Assembly: GCA_963674705.1 (NCBI GenBank)
Contig: OY771506.1
Coordinates: forward strand, 2,336,001 to 2,400,000
Direction of reading: 5' to 3'
DNA length: 64,000 nt
From: Phycisphaeraceae bacterium
Lineage (GTDB): Bacteria > Planctomycetota > Phycisphaerae > Phycisphaerales > Phycisphaeraceae
A program made the translations under genes and the position numbers. Positions 1 through 10,048 of the stretch are shown in pieces. Below the pieces are notes generated by a model that was given only the letters and a program-made list of their open reading frames with translations, did no database searches and was not told the DNA's origin. Each line of letters opens with the position of its first letter. Position 1 is the first letter of the stretch.

Positions 1-2
1 AC

Positions 3-833
3 CGCGTGCTTGGTATGCCCCCCCTGACAGAGGCGCTGGCCCGCCGGATGCTCGAATCACTGCGATGCTGGCCGCTGCTCAATGGCTACCGTGGCAAACC
101 ACCGGTTGATGTTAATGCCCTGCTGGAAGTGTTGATCCGCATGTCGCTGCTGGTCGCACAGACGCCTAACATCGCGGAACTGGACATCAATCCGCTTGTC
201 GTCACACCCAAGGGTGCCACCGCGCTGGACGCACGCATCATCACCGACAACTCTACTGGTATCCCGGACGAGCACTATTCACACCTGGCAATCCGGCCCT
301 ACCCGACCGAGTTTGTCGACAAGGTCATCCTGCCTGAAACAGGTGAAGAGGTTACGTTCCGCCCGATCCGTCCCGAAGACGAACCGCGCTGGCACGACCT
401 TCTCGCCAGTTGCTCAGCCGAGAGCCTGCGTGCGCGTTTCTTCTCGACGATCGGTAAGAGCACGCACGAGATGGCTAAGCGCTACTGCTACATCGACTAC
501 GACCGTGAAATGGCGATCGTCGCACTGGTCAAGGATGGCAACAACAAGCGGATGGTGGGTGTCTGCCGACTTGTTGCCGACCCCGACCATCTCGATGCGG
601 AATACGCCATCCTCGTCGCGGATAAATGGCAGGGCGTCCGCCTTGGCACCTTGCTGACTTCATACTGTCTGCAAGTCGCCAAACGCTGGGGCATCCGCCG
701 TGTCTTCGGCGGCACCATGATCGACAACCGCCGTATGATCGCCACCTTCCGCGAGCAGGGATTCGATGTCGTCACCGAAGATGAAGAGGGCATCGTTAAA
801 GCCGAACGTACGACAGATGAAATCCCGGTCTAA
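3..833 (+). CDS. C-terminal part of an ADP-forming acyl-CoA synthetase/GNAT fusion (Pat/YfiQ-type protein acetyltransferase); 5' end outside the window
   Basis: ATP-grasp tail (ELDINPL...ALDARI) followed by AIRPYP and a GNAT domain (RPIRPED, EYAILVADKWQGVRLG). Confidence 0.85.
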   Translation, partial: RVLGMPPLTEALARRMLESLRCWPLLNGYRGKPPVDVNALLEVLIRMSLLVAQTPNIAELDINPLVVTPKGATALDARIITDNSTGIPDEHYSHLAIRPYPTEFVDKVILPETGEEVTFRPIRPEDEPRWHDLLASCSAESLRARFFSTIGKSTHEMAKRYCYIDYDREMAIVALVKDGNNKRMVGVCRLVADPDHLDAEYAILVADKWQGVRLGTLLTSYCLQVAKRWGIRRVFGGTMIDNRRMIATFREQGFDVVTEDEEGIVKAERTTDEIPV

Positions 834-863
834 TAAAGTGCAATTGAAGTGACTATCAAACCA

Positions 864-893
864 CAGCCCCGAGTGAAAGCTCGGGGTTGTTTA
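864..893. terminator. Hairpin terminator between convergent genes
   Basis: CAGCCCCGAG-TGAAAG-CTCGGGGTTG followed by TTTA. Confidence 0.6.
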
Positions 894-911
894 TTGTCCA
901 AGTACATGGAA

Positions 912-2168
912 TTAGTTGTTTAGTTCATCAAGCAATAACTGGGCGGCTTCGGCTTCATCCGAATCCGGATACTTTGTGATCAGGTTTCGTAGTATTCCAA
1001 TTGCCAGGTCCTTGCGCCCGGCTGCCATATAGTTTTTAGCAAGCGCCAAATCCTCTCTGGCTTTGTCAATCTGAGGCTTGTCAGATTCAGTGCTTTCAAG
1101 GGTCGGTTCTGTTTGCGGCAGCTCAGCGAGTGCATTATCTAATGCATTTTGTGCCAGCGGTGCGTAGCTTGTGTCGTTGTAATCACGCAGTAGTTCCCGC
1201 ATTGCTTCGATGCCGTGCGGTTGGCTGCGTCGTAATGTGTCCTGTGCCCGTTCAAATTGTATGCCCGCCTTCTTTTCACGACGTTCGCGGATCTCTGCAA
1301 GCGGTTTATCCAAGGCTCCGATCCCCTTGGCGAACCAGTCATTCGGCGGAAGCGCGTGGCCCATCCCCGGCACTTCCAGGTAGGTCACGTGTTCAAACTT
1401 GGCACGCTGATAGCCGTACTGATACGTCGTCAATGTCTGGATGCGGTTGCCATCGGTCTCACCGGTCAGCAAGACGTATCGGCCGTCTCGCTTGGCGCGT
1501 CGAAGGATATGCGGACTCGGCGGCATAAACGCCGGCGCCCAGAAGACGAGACGGGTGGCCGTGCTGTCTTCATGCGGAAGCCGTGTGAAAAAGTCCACGC
1601 CAATGATCGCAAACATCCCCGCAAATTCATCCGCGTAGATCAACCCGACACGCGACGCACTGCGTCCGCCGCCGGAAATACCGCTGATGTACATCCGCAT
1701 CGGGTCGATCCGGTACTGCTGTTTGATGTTGTACATCCCATCCAGCGCAAGTCCCGCACGATGCCAGAAGTTCCGATCATTCCCCGAATTGTTCGCGCCT
1801 ACCCAGATCAACTTGTAGTGATCGAGTACGACTCGGTATTCCTGGGGTGGTTCACCCTGCGCCCCGGCGTTGATCCACACGAGCAGACCGTACGGCTCCG
1901 TCCCGTCATAAGCTTCCGGCACATAAACCGAAAACGATTCTTCGGCGAGCATGTAATCTGATAATGGCTGTTCCAGCTCGTATCGGAAACGTTCAGTAAT
2001 CGCTTCAACCGAGCTTAGTGGGCTGCGTTTAGTGAATGTTGTGTCATACAGACCGAGTTTCGGCTTGGTTTCATCAACCAGATCATCGGCCGGATCAACC
2101 TGCGCAATAGCCACACCCGCCGCGGACAGCCACAACGCGCACATCGAGATGGCGATCAGATAACGCAT
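912..2168 (-). CDS. Secreted alpha/beta-hydrolase (esterase/PHB-depolymerase-like) with C-terminal TPR-like helices
   Basis: Signal peptide; GISGGG nucleophile motif; GETD and GMGH candidate Asp/His; TPR-like tail (LALAKNYMAAG...KYPDS). Confidence 0.65.
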   Translation of the reverse strand: MRYLIAISMCALWLSAAGVAIAQVDPADDLVDETKPKLGLYDTTFTKRSPLSSVEAITERFRYELEQPLSDYMLAEESFSVYVPEAYDGTEPYGLLVWINAGAQGEPPQEYRVVLDHYKLIWVGANNSGNDRNFWHRAGLALDGMYNIKQQYRIDPMRMYISGISGGGRSASRVGLIYADEFAGMFAIIGVDFFTRLPHEDSTATRLVFWAPAFMPPSPHILRRAKRDGRYVLLTGETDGNRIQTLTTYQYGYQRAKFEHVTYLEVPGMGHALPPNDWFAKGIGALDKPLAEIRERREKKAGIQFERAQDTLRRSQPHGIEAMRELLRDYNDTSYAPLAQNALDNALAELPQTEPTLESTESDKPQIDKAREDLALAKNYMAAGRKDLAIGILRNLITKYPDSDEAEAAQLLLDELNN

Positions 2169-2185
2169 GATGGATCATACGCATT

Positions 2186-2677
2186 CTACCGCACAAGTTT
2201 CAGTTTTCGCCGTTTATTCTGCTCGGCCAGGTATACAAGCACCTGCTGCGTGATCAGGCACTCGCTGGCGGTGTGCTGCAGTAGATGAATCAGTTCGAGC
2301 ACCTCGTCTGCCTCGGCCTTGCCGTCACGGAACGCGGCACGCAAGGATTTGAGGCTTTGGGCTGAGCTGTGGACCGCTTCGATCGAGGCGTCCAAGGCGT
2401 CAGAAGCATCGATCTTGCCGTCGGCGTTCACATCCAGTTCGAGGTCCGGGCAGGACAACTGCCATGTCGTCCCCATTGTAAATGTCTTCAACAGCGCCTC
2501 CTGCGCTTCTTTATTTGGCAGATGCCTGACCAGCAGGCGGATCGAGTCGAAGTCCGGCTGACTCTGCCCGGCGATCCAGCGATACACTGTCGACGTCGAT
2601 ACCCCCGCCATCTCCGCGATCTCGCGGGCCGTCGTCTGCTTCTTCTCGATCATCCGGTTCAGTGTTTTTGTCAGCAT
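2186..2677 (-). CDS. XRE-family HTH protein with an EF-hand-like loop and helical C-terminus
   Basis: AREIAEMAGVSTSTVYRWIAGQSQP HTH; DVNADGKIDASD loop. Confidence 0.7.
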   Translation of the reverse strand: MLTKTLNRMIEKKQTTAREIAEMAGVSTSTVYRWIAGQSQPDFDSIRLLVRHLPNKEAQEALLKTFTMGTTWQLSCPDLELDVNADGKIDASDALDASIEAVHSSAQSLKSLRAAFRDGKAEADEVLELIHLLQHTASECLITQQVLVYLAEQNKRRKLKLVR

Positions 2678-2817
2678 GGTCTTTTACTCCTGCCCGCCAC
2701 GATTTTCGCAAGTTTACCGCAAAATCTGTCCCGGAGTCGAGAAGATGGCCCGCGGCAACTGCGAAATTGGGCTGGGGAATGGAAGACAGCAAAAAACGCA
2801 GAAAACAGGAAATAAAA

Positions 2818-2993
2818 CCCGATACCCGATACCCGTCCCCTGCTCGACTTTCTACTGTTCTAAACCCGCCCGGACCTTCGCTGCACTCAGGACCGGCGTT
2901 GGGGGGAAGAGCCATTAGCTTTTAGCCATTAGCCATTAGCACAAATCCTAAATCTTCAATCCTAAATCCTAAATACAATTCCCCACACCCCAT
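2818..2993. repeat. Composite repeat: CCCGATA units, REP-like core (2862-2901), TAGCCAT and AAATCCT heptamer arrays, CCCCACA tail
   Basis: Read directly; core recurs at 9195-9224 (reverse) and 29462-29497. Confidence 0.8.
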
Positions 2994-4172
2994 TCACTCA
3001 TTCCCCGGCCAGCCGTCGAACACGAACTTGCCGTCCTTGGAAATAACCTCACCGTCGACGGTAATCGTCCCGCCACCCGCTTCCTTGCGCAGGTCGCAGA
3101 CCATGTCCCAGTGCAGGCCCGAGGCGTTGTGGTTGCCGGTTTCTGGATAACCTGCGCCGACAGCGATGTGGAACGTGCCGCCGATCTTCTCATCGAACAG
3201 CGTGTTCTTCGTGTATTCCTGGATCTGGTAGTTCGTCCCGATCGCGACTTCGCCGACGCTGCGCGCACCGGGATCCTGGTCCAGCATGTCGATCAGGAAG
3301 CCTTGATTCTTTGTTGCTTTTGCTTCGACGACTCGACCCTTTTTGAAAATTAATTCGATATCGTCGACCTCTCGTCCATGATAGACAGCGGGGAAACTGT
3401 AACGGACAACACCATTGACGCCGCCGTCCTTCGCTTTCAGATTAGGTCCGGTGAACACTTCACCGTCAGGGAAGTTCTCATGTCCACAGCAATTGATCCA
3501 TGTCATGCCCTCGACGTCGACTGTCAGGTCCGTGCCGTTCGCTGTCTGGAAGCGGACGATCTTCTTGCCGGTTAAGTAATCCACGACTTTCTGCTGACGC
3601 TCTTTGATCTCAAGCCAGGCCGCGACCGGATCGTCCAGGTCCAGATGACCCGCTTGGAAGACGAAGTCTTCATATTCGGTCAGGCTCATCTCAGCATCCT
3701 GCGCGCTCGCGGCCGTCGGGTACTGTGTGCCGGTCCACCTTAGCGGTTTGACACCCTCGACTTCTTCAGGATGGCTCGCCGCGGCGGCGCGGTCCATGAA
3801 CACCTGCATGATCGGCTTACGCGCCGCTGATGCAATACCCTGTCGTTTCGGGTCCACGCGTGACATGCTCTTGGTATTCGTGTCCGCCCACAAACCTATC
3901 GAGACGTCGATGGTCTCGATTTCGTGAAGTGCCAGCGGGTTGACATATTTAAGCTGTTCTTCATTCGCATGATCGAAGAAGATATTGCTCAAGGTTTCGG
4001 GTGTACATTTGACGAAAGGATGAGCCCCGGCCTTGATGACAGCCTCGTACAGTGCCTCCAGCAGCGGGATCGACACCGGTGCACCCCCAAGGCGGACCAG
4101 TTCCCCGGGCTTGATTCCGGTGGAATATTCAACCAGGACACGGGCCAGTTTATCAAGTCGTGGATCGCGCAA
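2994..4172 (-). CDS. Aminopeptidase, M29 family (AmpS/PepS-like)
   Basis: MRDPRLDKLA start; NFPDGEVFT, GEVAIG, LFDEKIGGTFHIAVG, LHWDMV motifs. Confidence 0.92.
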   Translation of the reverse strand: MRDPRLDKLARVLVEYSTGIKPGELVRLGGAPVSIPLLEALYEAVIKAGAHPFVKCTPETLSNIFFDHANEEQLKYVNPLALHEIETIDVSIGLWADTNTKSMSRVDPKRQGIASAARKPIMQVFMDRAAAASHPEEVEGVKPLRWTGTQYPTAASAQDAEMSLTEYEDFVFQAGHLDLDDPVAAWLEIKERQQKVVDYLTGKKIVRFQTANGTDLTVDVEGMTWINCCGHENFPDGEVFTGPNLKAKDGGVNGVVRYSFPAVYHGREVDDIELIFKKGRVVEAKATKNQGFLIDMLDQDPGARSVGEVAIGTNYQIQEYTKNTLFDEKIGGTFHIAVGAGYPETGNHNASGLHWDMVCDLRKEAGGGTITVDGEVISKDGKFVFDGWPGNE

Positions 4173-4334
4173 ATCAGTCTCTCCGCTGGGTAAATACTTT
4201 TGATCCCTGATTTCGGGTAGTCCATATCCTAATCGGTCAGACAGCCTTTTTCACAGCGATTTATCACGTCCGTCATTCTCCAGCCGGACCCGCCTTGCCA
4301 CGCGGCCGGATACCGCCTAGTTTGTATCCAGCGG

Positions 4335-5348
4335 ATGAATTCAGAACCAGAGACACAACTCAATGCGGATACGCCGGTCGACACCCCGGCCAGCCACGAG
4401 GCTGCGCCCATCCCGGGCGACATCGTCGCCGAGGGGCCGTTCGGCCAGATGCTCGAGCCCGTGCTCCGGTCCGTATGCGAAGGCAGGCTCTCAGAGATCA
4501 GTTGGTTCCGGACCGACTGGCAACGCGGCGGTGCGGCGACGGGGCACGCCACTTTCAAAGACGAAAATGGCAACGATCAGCCGGTCGTGGTGAAACTGCC
4601 TGTTCCGCCATGCGAATTGCAATGGATGCGGGTATTGCAGGATGTGCCGGACGTCGTGCCAAAACTATATGCCGGCAACGACACGCTCGGCGGCTACGAC
4701 TTCGCCTGGCTCGTGATGGAGCGTCTTCCGCACGGCCCGCTCAGTTCGGCTTGGAACGGCAACGAATTCAAGCTGCTCATAGAAGCGATCGGCCGATTCT
4801 ACAAGGCGGTCGAATCCATTCCGACCAACACCGAGCACAAACACCGCGACTGGGACGCTATCCATCATCACGCCCGCAAGAGCGTCCGCGCACAAGGTTT
4901 GCCCGAGGCGACACGTTGGAACAAAGTCCTCAAGAAGTCGCACCGTAAATATAAAGAATGGGTTGCTATCTGGGACGATCGGCCGATGTCGCACTGGTGT
5001 CACGGCGACCTGCACTTGGCAAACGCCATGACACGCAACGAACCACCCAACGGCCCGGCCGTGCTGTTTGACCTGGCCAAGGTGTGCGTTAGCCACTGGG
5101 TCCAGGACGGTGTTTATCTGGAACACCTCTACTGGGGACGCCCGGGTGAATTGCACGGCCACAAGCTCTGCAAGGAACTGGCACACCACCGCAAGGAAGT
5201 CGGCCTTCCTGTCGATAAGGGTTGGTCCAAACTCGCTGAAGCAAAACGCGCACTGCTGGCCATGAGCGTGCCGGCTGTTCTGGATATCGACGGCAACGCC
5301 CGCTACGTAAACGGTGCATTAGAAGTGCTTGAGAGAGCAGTGGGGTGA
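4335..5348 (+). CDS. APH/choline-kinase-like phosphotransferase
   Basis: VVVK lysine, WLVMERL hinge, HGDLHLAN catalytic loop, FDLA metal motif. Confidence 0.8.
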   Translation: MNSEPETQLNADTPVDTPASHEAAPIPGDIVAEGPFGQMLEPVLRSVCEGRLSEISWFRTDWQRGGAATGHATFKDENGNDQPVVVKLPVPPCELQWMRVLQDVPDVVPKLYAGNDTLGGYDFAWLVMERLPHGPLSSAWNGNEFKLLIEAIGRFYKAVESIPTNTEHKHRDWDAIHHHARKSVRAQGLPEATRWNKVLKKSHRKYKEWVAIWDDRPMSHWCHGDLHLANAMTRNEPPNGPAVLFDLAKVCVSHWVQDGVYLEHLYWGRPGELHGHKLCKELAHHRKEVGLPVDKGWSKLAEAKRALLAMSVPAVLDIDGNARYVNGALEVLERAVG

Positions 5349-5359
5349 TTGATCTGTAT

Positions 5360-5418
5360 TGTTCAATGTTCAATGTGTATGTCTTGAGATTGAACATTCC
5401 ACATCGAACATTGAACAT
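5360..5418. repeat. Inverted TGTTCAA/TTGAACA heptamer arrays forming a hairpin between convergent genes
   Basis: TGTTCAATGTTCAATGT ... ACATCGAACATTGAACA. Confidence 0.75.
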
Positions 5419-5422
5419 CCCC

Positions 5423-6718
5423 TCAGTGTTTGTACTTCCGCGCCAGGTCTTTGCTTAACCGACACGTGATCTCATACGGGTGTGTTTTCGCCAGCTTTGC
5501 AAGGTTTGGCACGCTGTTCGGCGCACTTGGATCATCACTGATAATCTGCACGGTTTTGCCCATCATGCAGTGCATATCCCAGTCGGCTTCGCCGTTGGAC
5601 GCATCGGTCAGATCGATCGTAAGCTGGTCCATGTTGACTCGCCCGAGTACCGGCGCATCGATGTAATAACCTTCGTCATTCAATATCACGCGGACACTGG
5701 ATAGGTTGCTCAGCGCGACCGGGTAACCGTCACCGTAGCCGATGGGCACCACACCGACGACACTGTCGCGCTTGAGTTTATGTGTTGAGCCGTAGCCGAC
5801 CGGCGTCCATCGCGGATAACGCTGCACGTGGTTGATGCGTGTGATCCATCGGACGGTGTGTTCCAGCACGGGCACGTTGTCGACGATTGGACCGGGAGTA
5901 AGCAACTCCGGGCCGTAGCCGTAGATCGAGAGCCCCGGGCGGATCATGTCTTGGTGGAATCGCCGGTCGCGCATCGTCGCGAAACTGTTGGCGACGTGCT
6001 TAATACAATCTTTAGGCAGTTGCGCCGCATGCTGCGCGTGCGTATTTTCAAAGACTTCCAACTGCTCGTAGGCAAAGTCAGGATTGTCATCCGCGGTAGC
6101 CATGTGCGTGTATACACCCGCGACACGGACGTGTTGCATCTTGTTCAGGTCCTGCACGACCTGACCAAACTGCTCAGGATTAAATCCGGATCGGCTCATG
6201 CCCGTATCAAGGTACAGATGGATCGGCATCTTGATCCCGAATGTTCGGCTGATCTGGTTAACCGTATCGAGTTGTTCGAAGTCGTGGATCGACAGGTGCA
6301 GGTTACCAGCTACGGCAGGGCGGTATAGCGCATCGGTCCGGTTCAATTCACGCACGGGTGACAGCAGCAGCAGCGGGCAGTTGACGCTCTTATTAATCAG
6401 CAGCTCGGCTTCTGCGGTACTGTAGACTGCGAGCATGTCGCAGCCAGCCTTGACCAGGCGATGGGCGACTGCCGCCGCTCCCAGGCCATAGGCGTCTTTC
6501 TTCACTACGCAGCAGACCTTCGGTCGCTTGCTCGGCTTGTTATCGGAACTGGGTGTGACCAGATTGCGCAGCGCCAAAAAGTTGCGTTCCACGGCTGACA
6601 GGTCCACTTCAAACCAACTGGTTTCAGATGCCATCGGGGCCTCGACACGGACGGGGGATTTAATTTCTAACGGACCACGTATTTGTACCACGGGTGGTAT
6701 CTCCCTAATATCTGACAA
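5423..6718 (-). CDS. alr: Alanine racemase (start may be ATG at 6634)
   Basis: VVKKDAYGLG PLP-lysine motif, DTGMSRSG, RPGLSIYG, GYGDGY, GRVNMDQ. Confidence 0.92.
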   Translation of the reverse strand: MSDIREIPPVVQIRGPLEIKSPVRVEAPMASETSWFEVDLSAVERNFLALRNLVTPSSDNKPSKRPKVCCVVKKDAYGLGAAAVAHRLVKAGCDMLAVYSTAEAELLINKSVNCPLLLLSPVRELNRTDALYRPAVAGNLHLSIHDFEQLDTVNQISRTFGIKMPIHLYLDTGMSRSGFNPEQFGQVVQDLNKMQHVRVAGVYTHMATADDNPDFAYEQLEVFENTHAQHAAQLPKDCIKHVANSFATMRDRRFHQDMIRPGLSIYGYGPELLTPGPIVDNVPVLEHTVRWITRINHVQRYPRWTPVGYGSTHKLKRDSVVGVVPIGYGDGYPVALSNLSSVRVILNDEGYYIDAPVLGRVNMDQLTIDLTDASNGEADWDMHCMMGKTVQIISDDPSAPNSVPNLAKLAKTHPYEITCRLSKDLARKYKH

Positions 6719-7068
6719 GCAGCCGGCTTACCAGCCGCAGATCGTCCGGAAAGCAGCCCGATGGGCTCAGATGTAACCGGATGCGATCTCGGCAGGGACG
6801 GTGCTGCGTGACGAGTGCTTGGCCTCGATTAATCAATCTGGTTTAAAATCATTATACAGCCAGATTTATGTCGACGCCCAATATTCATCCCGCAGCGCCA
6901 CGTCCCTGTCTTCTGACCGCTGGTCATCGGTCGGCTGCCTGATGTCGGGCGATATTTTCCCCCGATATCGGCGCGGGTTTTGCGCGGCCGCCGGCCGCCG
7001 ACCGACGCTGAATGACACATACCCGCCCATCGTTTCCCAACGATAGGGCGGTGCGGGCGATCCCCACC

Positions 7069-8424
7069 ATGACCAACGATCTATTTGACACCAATCAAAG
7101 CTTTACCGATCTCGGCCTGCGCAACAGCGTCGTGAAAGGCCTCACTGAAGTCGGTTTCGAGCATCCAACCGATATCCAGGCCCGGCTCATCCCCGAGGTC
7201 CTCGCGGGCAACGATGTGATAGGCCAGGCACGCACCGGTACCGGTAAGACCGCGGCCTTCGGCCTGCCCGTTTTTCACATGGCTGATCCCGATATCAGCA
7301 TGCAGGCGCTTGTTCTGACACCTACCCGTGAACTGGCGACCCAGGTCGCCGCCGAACTCGATGTCCTCGGCAAGTACACCCCGATTAAAACCTCATGCAT
7401 CATCGGCGGCGAATCCATGCGGGCACAGAAAAAGTCCGTCGAAAGCGGTGGTCACATCATCGTTGGCACGCCCGGCCGTGTGATGGACCTGTTCGGCCGA
7501 AAGCAGATCCACTTCGATGATATCCGCTTCGTCATCCTCGACGAGGTCGACCGTATGCTCGACATCGGCTTCCGTGAAGACATCAAGAAGATCCTTCGCA
7601 ACGTCAAGCGTGAACACCAGACGGTTTTCGTTTCTGCCACAATCGATGACGAGATCGAAGCGCTCGGCCGATCCTACATGAAGACGGATGCCAAGAAGAT
7701 CACCACCGTGTCCGGCTCATTGACGGTTTCGATGGTGGATCAAAAATACCTACCCGTCGAGCCGTGGGACAAACGAGCGCTGCTGTTGCACTTACTTATA
7801 AATGAGAAGCCCGACACAACCGTCGTGTTCTGCAAGACCAAGGCAACCGTTCACAAGATCACCAAGTACCTGCGCGAAAAGAATGTCGGCGCCCGTGAAA
7901 TCCACGGCGACCTGCACCAGCGCAAGCGCAACCGTGTCATGGATTCGATGCGCCAAGGCAAGCTCGATGTGCTGATCGCTTCCGATCTGGCCGCACGCGG
8001 GCTCGATGTTGAGCATATCACGCACGTTATCAACTACGACCTGCCGGAGGATCCCGAGGTTTATGTCCACCGTATCGGCCGGACCGCGCGAGCGGGTCGG
8101 CGCGGGATCGCATGGAGCTTTGTCAGCCCCGACCAGGGCCAACTCTTAACCGAGATCGAAAAGTTGTCCGGTGCTTTGATCGAGAAACTGGACTACCCCG
8201 ACTTCAAGCCCGGCCCGATCCCCCAGGACATTAAAGAACTGCGTGATGCCGAAGCTCGCCGTACATCCGCGCCCGCCCGTACGCTCGAATCCCGCGCCGG
8301 TAGCGCCATCGACACCTCCGGCTATACCGAAGCAGAACTCAAAGCCATGTTCCCCGATGGCAACATACCCAAGAACCTGCCTAAGAAAGGCCTGGGCGGG
8401 AAGTTCCGGACACGCAGAGGATGA
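7069..8424 (+). CDS. DEAD-box ATP-dependent RNA helicase
   Basis: Q motif, ARTGTGKT, PTRELA, GTPGR, DEVD, SAT, ARGLD, HRIGRTARAG. Confidence 0.95.
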   Translation: MTNDLFDTNQSFTDLGLRNSVVKGLTEVGFEHPTDIQARLIPEVLAGNDVIGQARTGTGKTAAFGLPVFHMADPDISMQALVLTPTRELATQVAAELDVLGKYTPIKTSCIIGGESMRAQKKSVESGGHIIVGTPGRVMDLFGRKQIHFDDIRFVILDEVDRMLDIGFREDIKKILRNVKREHQTVFVSATIDDEIEALGRSYMKTDAKKITTVSGSLTVSMVDQKYLPVEPWDKRALLLHLLINEKPDTTVVFCKTKATVHKITKYLREKNVGAREIHGDLHQRKRNRVMDSMRQGKLDVLIASDLAARGLDVEHITHVINYDLPEDPEVYVHRIGRTARAGRRGIAWSFVSPDQGQLLTEIEKLSGALIEKLDYPDFKPGPIPQDIKELRDAEARRTSAPARTLESRAGSAIDTSGYTEAELKAMFPDGNIPKNLPKKGLGGKFRTRRG

Positions 8425-8433
8425 GGTATTTAT

Positions 8434-8485
8434 GATTTGTGATTGATGATGAAGGATTAGCAAAACAAATCATCAATCACAAATC
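8434..8485. repeat. Perfect 17-bp inverted repeat built from heptamer-like units, between convergent genes
   Basis: GATTTGTGATTGATGAT (8434-8450) / ATCATCAATCACAAATC (8469-8485). Confidence 0.8.
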
Positions 8486-8489
8486 TCAC

Positions 8490-9068
8490 TTACTTCTTCT
8501 TGACGATTGCGCGCCAACCCGTCACCGGCCCAGGTGTTTCGGGTCTGCGATTCATCACGGTTTGTCGCACATCTTCGATCACGATCACCGCATCTTCGTC
8601 ACAGCCTTTGATAATCTTCACGATCTGGTTGGTTTTCTTTCGTGGAGCGATGGCAAAACACATCGCGACCTCGCCCTGCATGCCACGAGCTGGGATCTCT
8701 GTCACCATGTAGTCCGCCATGCGTAGCGCCATCGCGACTGAGTGGCTGTAGTGTTTGCTGATGGCAATAATCCGTTGCTGCCCGATCGCCAGCATCCCCT
8801 CGATCCAGATGCCCACCGCATTGCCCATCGCGAATCCCGCCCCGTAGGAAATGATCTTGACAAGATTAGGATGCGCCAGCACGCCCGATACCGCGGACAC
8901 CCAGACGATCACCTCAATAAACCCAAGACCTGCCGCAGTCCATCGTCGGCCGCGCACGACAAAGATCGTGCGGACTGTGCCCACCGACACGTCCGTGATG
9001 CGCGCAAGAATAATAAAGAGCGGCCAAAAGACCGGGTACGTATCAAGCCATTCGGTGACGTGCTGCAT
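8490..9068 (-). CDS. UPF0316/DUF2179-family membrane protein
   Basis: ARITDVSVGTVRTI, GFIEVIVW, YGAGFAMGNAVG, C-terminal FAIAPRK...DEDAVIVIEDVR. Confidence 0.85.
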   Translation of the reverse strand: MQHVTEWLDTYPVFWPLFIILARITDVSVGTVRTIFVVRGRRWTAAGLGFIEVIVWVSAVSGVLAHPNLVKIISYGAGFAMGNAVGIWIEGMLAIGQQRIIAISKHYSHSVAMALRMADYMVTEIPARGMQGEVAMCFAIAPRKKTNQIVKIIKGCDEDAVIVIEDVRQTVMNRRPETPGPVTGWRAIVKKK

Positions 9069-9194
9069 CCGCGTATCGTCGCATAACGCCACAGGATCGC
9101 AACACGGCGCAAATGGCCGCCCGATTTAATATCACCGGCACCGGATACGCAATCCCACCAAGGGCTAATTACTATCGATTTCCCACACCTCAAA

Positions 9195-9303
9195 GCCGGT
9201 CCTGAGCGAAGCGAAGGGGCGGGTGACTTAAATGTTCAATCTTCAAACTGCAATGTTCAATCTGAAGTCCGTGCTAACAGCTAATGGCTAACGGCTAAAG
9301 GCT
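9195..9303. repeat. REP-like core (reverse orientation) plus AATGTTC and GCTAAYN heptamer arrays
   Basis: GCCGGTCCTGAGCGAAGCGAAGGGGCGGGT is the reverse complement of the core at 29462; GCTAACAGCTAATGGCTAACGGCTAAAGGCT follows. Confidence 0.75.
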
Positions 9304-9307
9304 CATA

Positions 9308-9919
9308 TCACGCCCACATAATCACGCCGAACATCGCGACCCATACCACCGCCAGGAAGTGCCAGAACAGACACATCTGTTTCAACCTTGCCCCGCCGTG
9401 TTCATCAGCGATCTGCGTGTACTTCTTCTTGCTCAGCACGAGCAATCGGCCGATTCCAACAAGCACATGCAGGCCGTGCAGACTCACCAGTGCAAGCACC
9501 AGCACGTAAGGGGTCGCCTGCACGCCCTCAAGCCCGTGGTGCCCCTGCACCAGCTTCACCAGGCCAGGGACCTGTAGCAGCAGGAAAATAATCCCCAGCA
9601 CGGTCGCCAGACGCAGTGCCTGCTTTGCCACCGTCACCCGTCCCATCCTCGCTGAGAGGTACGACCAGTGCAGCGTCACGCTCGAGACAAGAATGAAGAA
9701 CGTGCTGAACCAGAACCACACCGGCACCGGCGGGCTCGGTACATCCGACTTCATCCGCGTCACCGTGTACCCGAATAGCAGCCACGCGAACGCCACCGTC
9801 AGTCCGGCAGTGAACAGCCACGTGCCCAACGTTCCCGCGCCCGGTGGGGCCTTGAACGTTTCCAATGCGCCTTGTTCCGGATTATCCGCCTGTGTAGAGG
9901 TGAGGTCGGCAGTGTCCAT
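9308..9919 (-). CDS. Heme-copper oxidase subunit III-like membrane protein (stand-alone)
   Basis: Five TM helices; STFFILVSSVTLH, LHGLHVLVG, FWHFLAVVW; GGAGG RBS. Confidence 0.8.
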   Translation of the reverse strand: MDTADLTSTQADNPEQGALETFKAPPGAGTLGTWLFTAGLTVAFAWLLFGYTVTRMKSDVPSPPVPVWFWFSTFFILVSSVTLHWSYLSARMGRVTVAKQALRLATVLGIIFLLLQVPGLVKLVQGHHGLEGVQATPYVLVLALVSLHGLHVLVGIGRLLVLSKKKYTQIADEHGGARLKQMCLFWHFLAVVWVAMFGVIMWA

Positions 9920-10048
9920 GGCAAACCTCCAAGTGAATGAGGGTGTTCTTAACCGCATTATATCTTAATTTTCTCGCCTAGCCACGAAAAAACCCACGAC
10001 GTTATTCGTGGGTCTCGATTGCTAAATAGCATATGAATTGTGGGTTAT

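Noticed and set aside
2186..2677. Prophage remnant suggested by the XRE/CII-like gene
   Set aside because: No integrase, structural or replication genes; host-like composition.
4335..5348. Aminoglycoside resistance gene
   Set aside because: Only generic kinase-fold motifs; housekeeping context.
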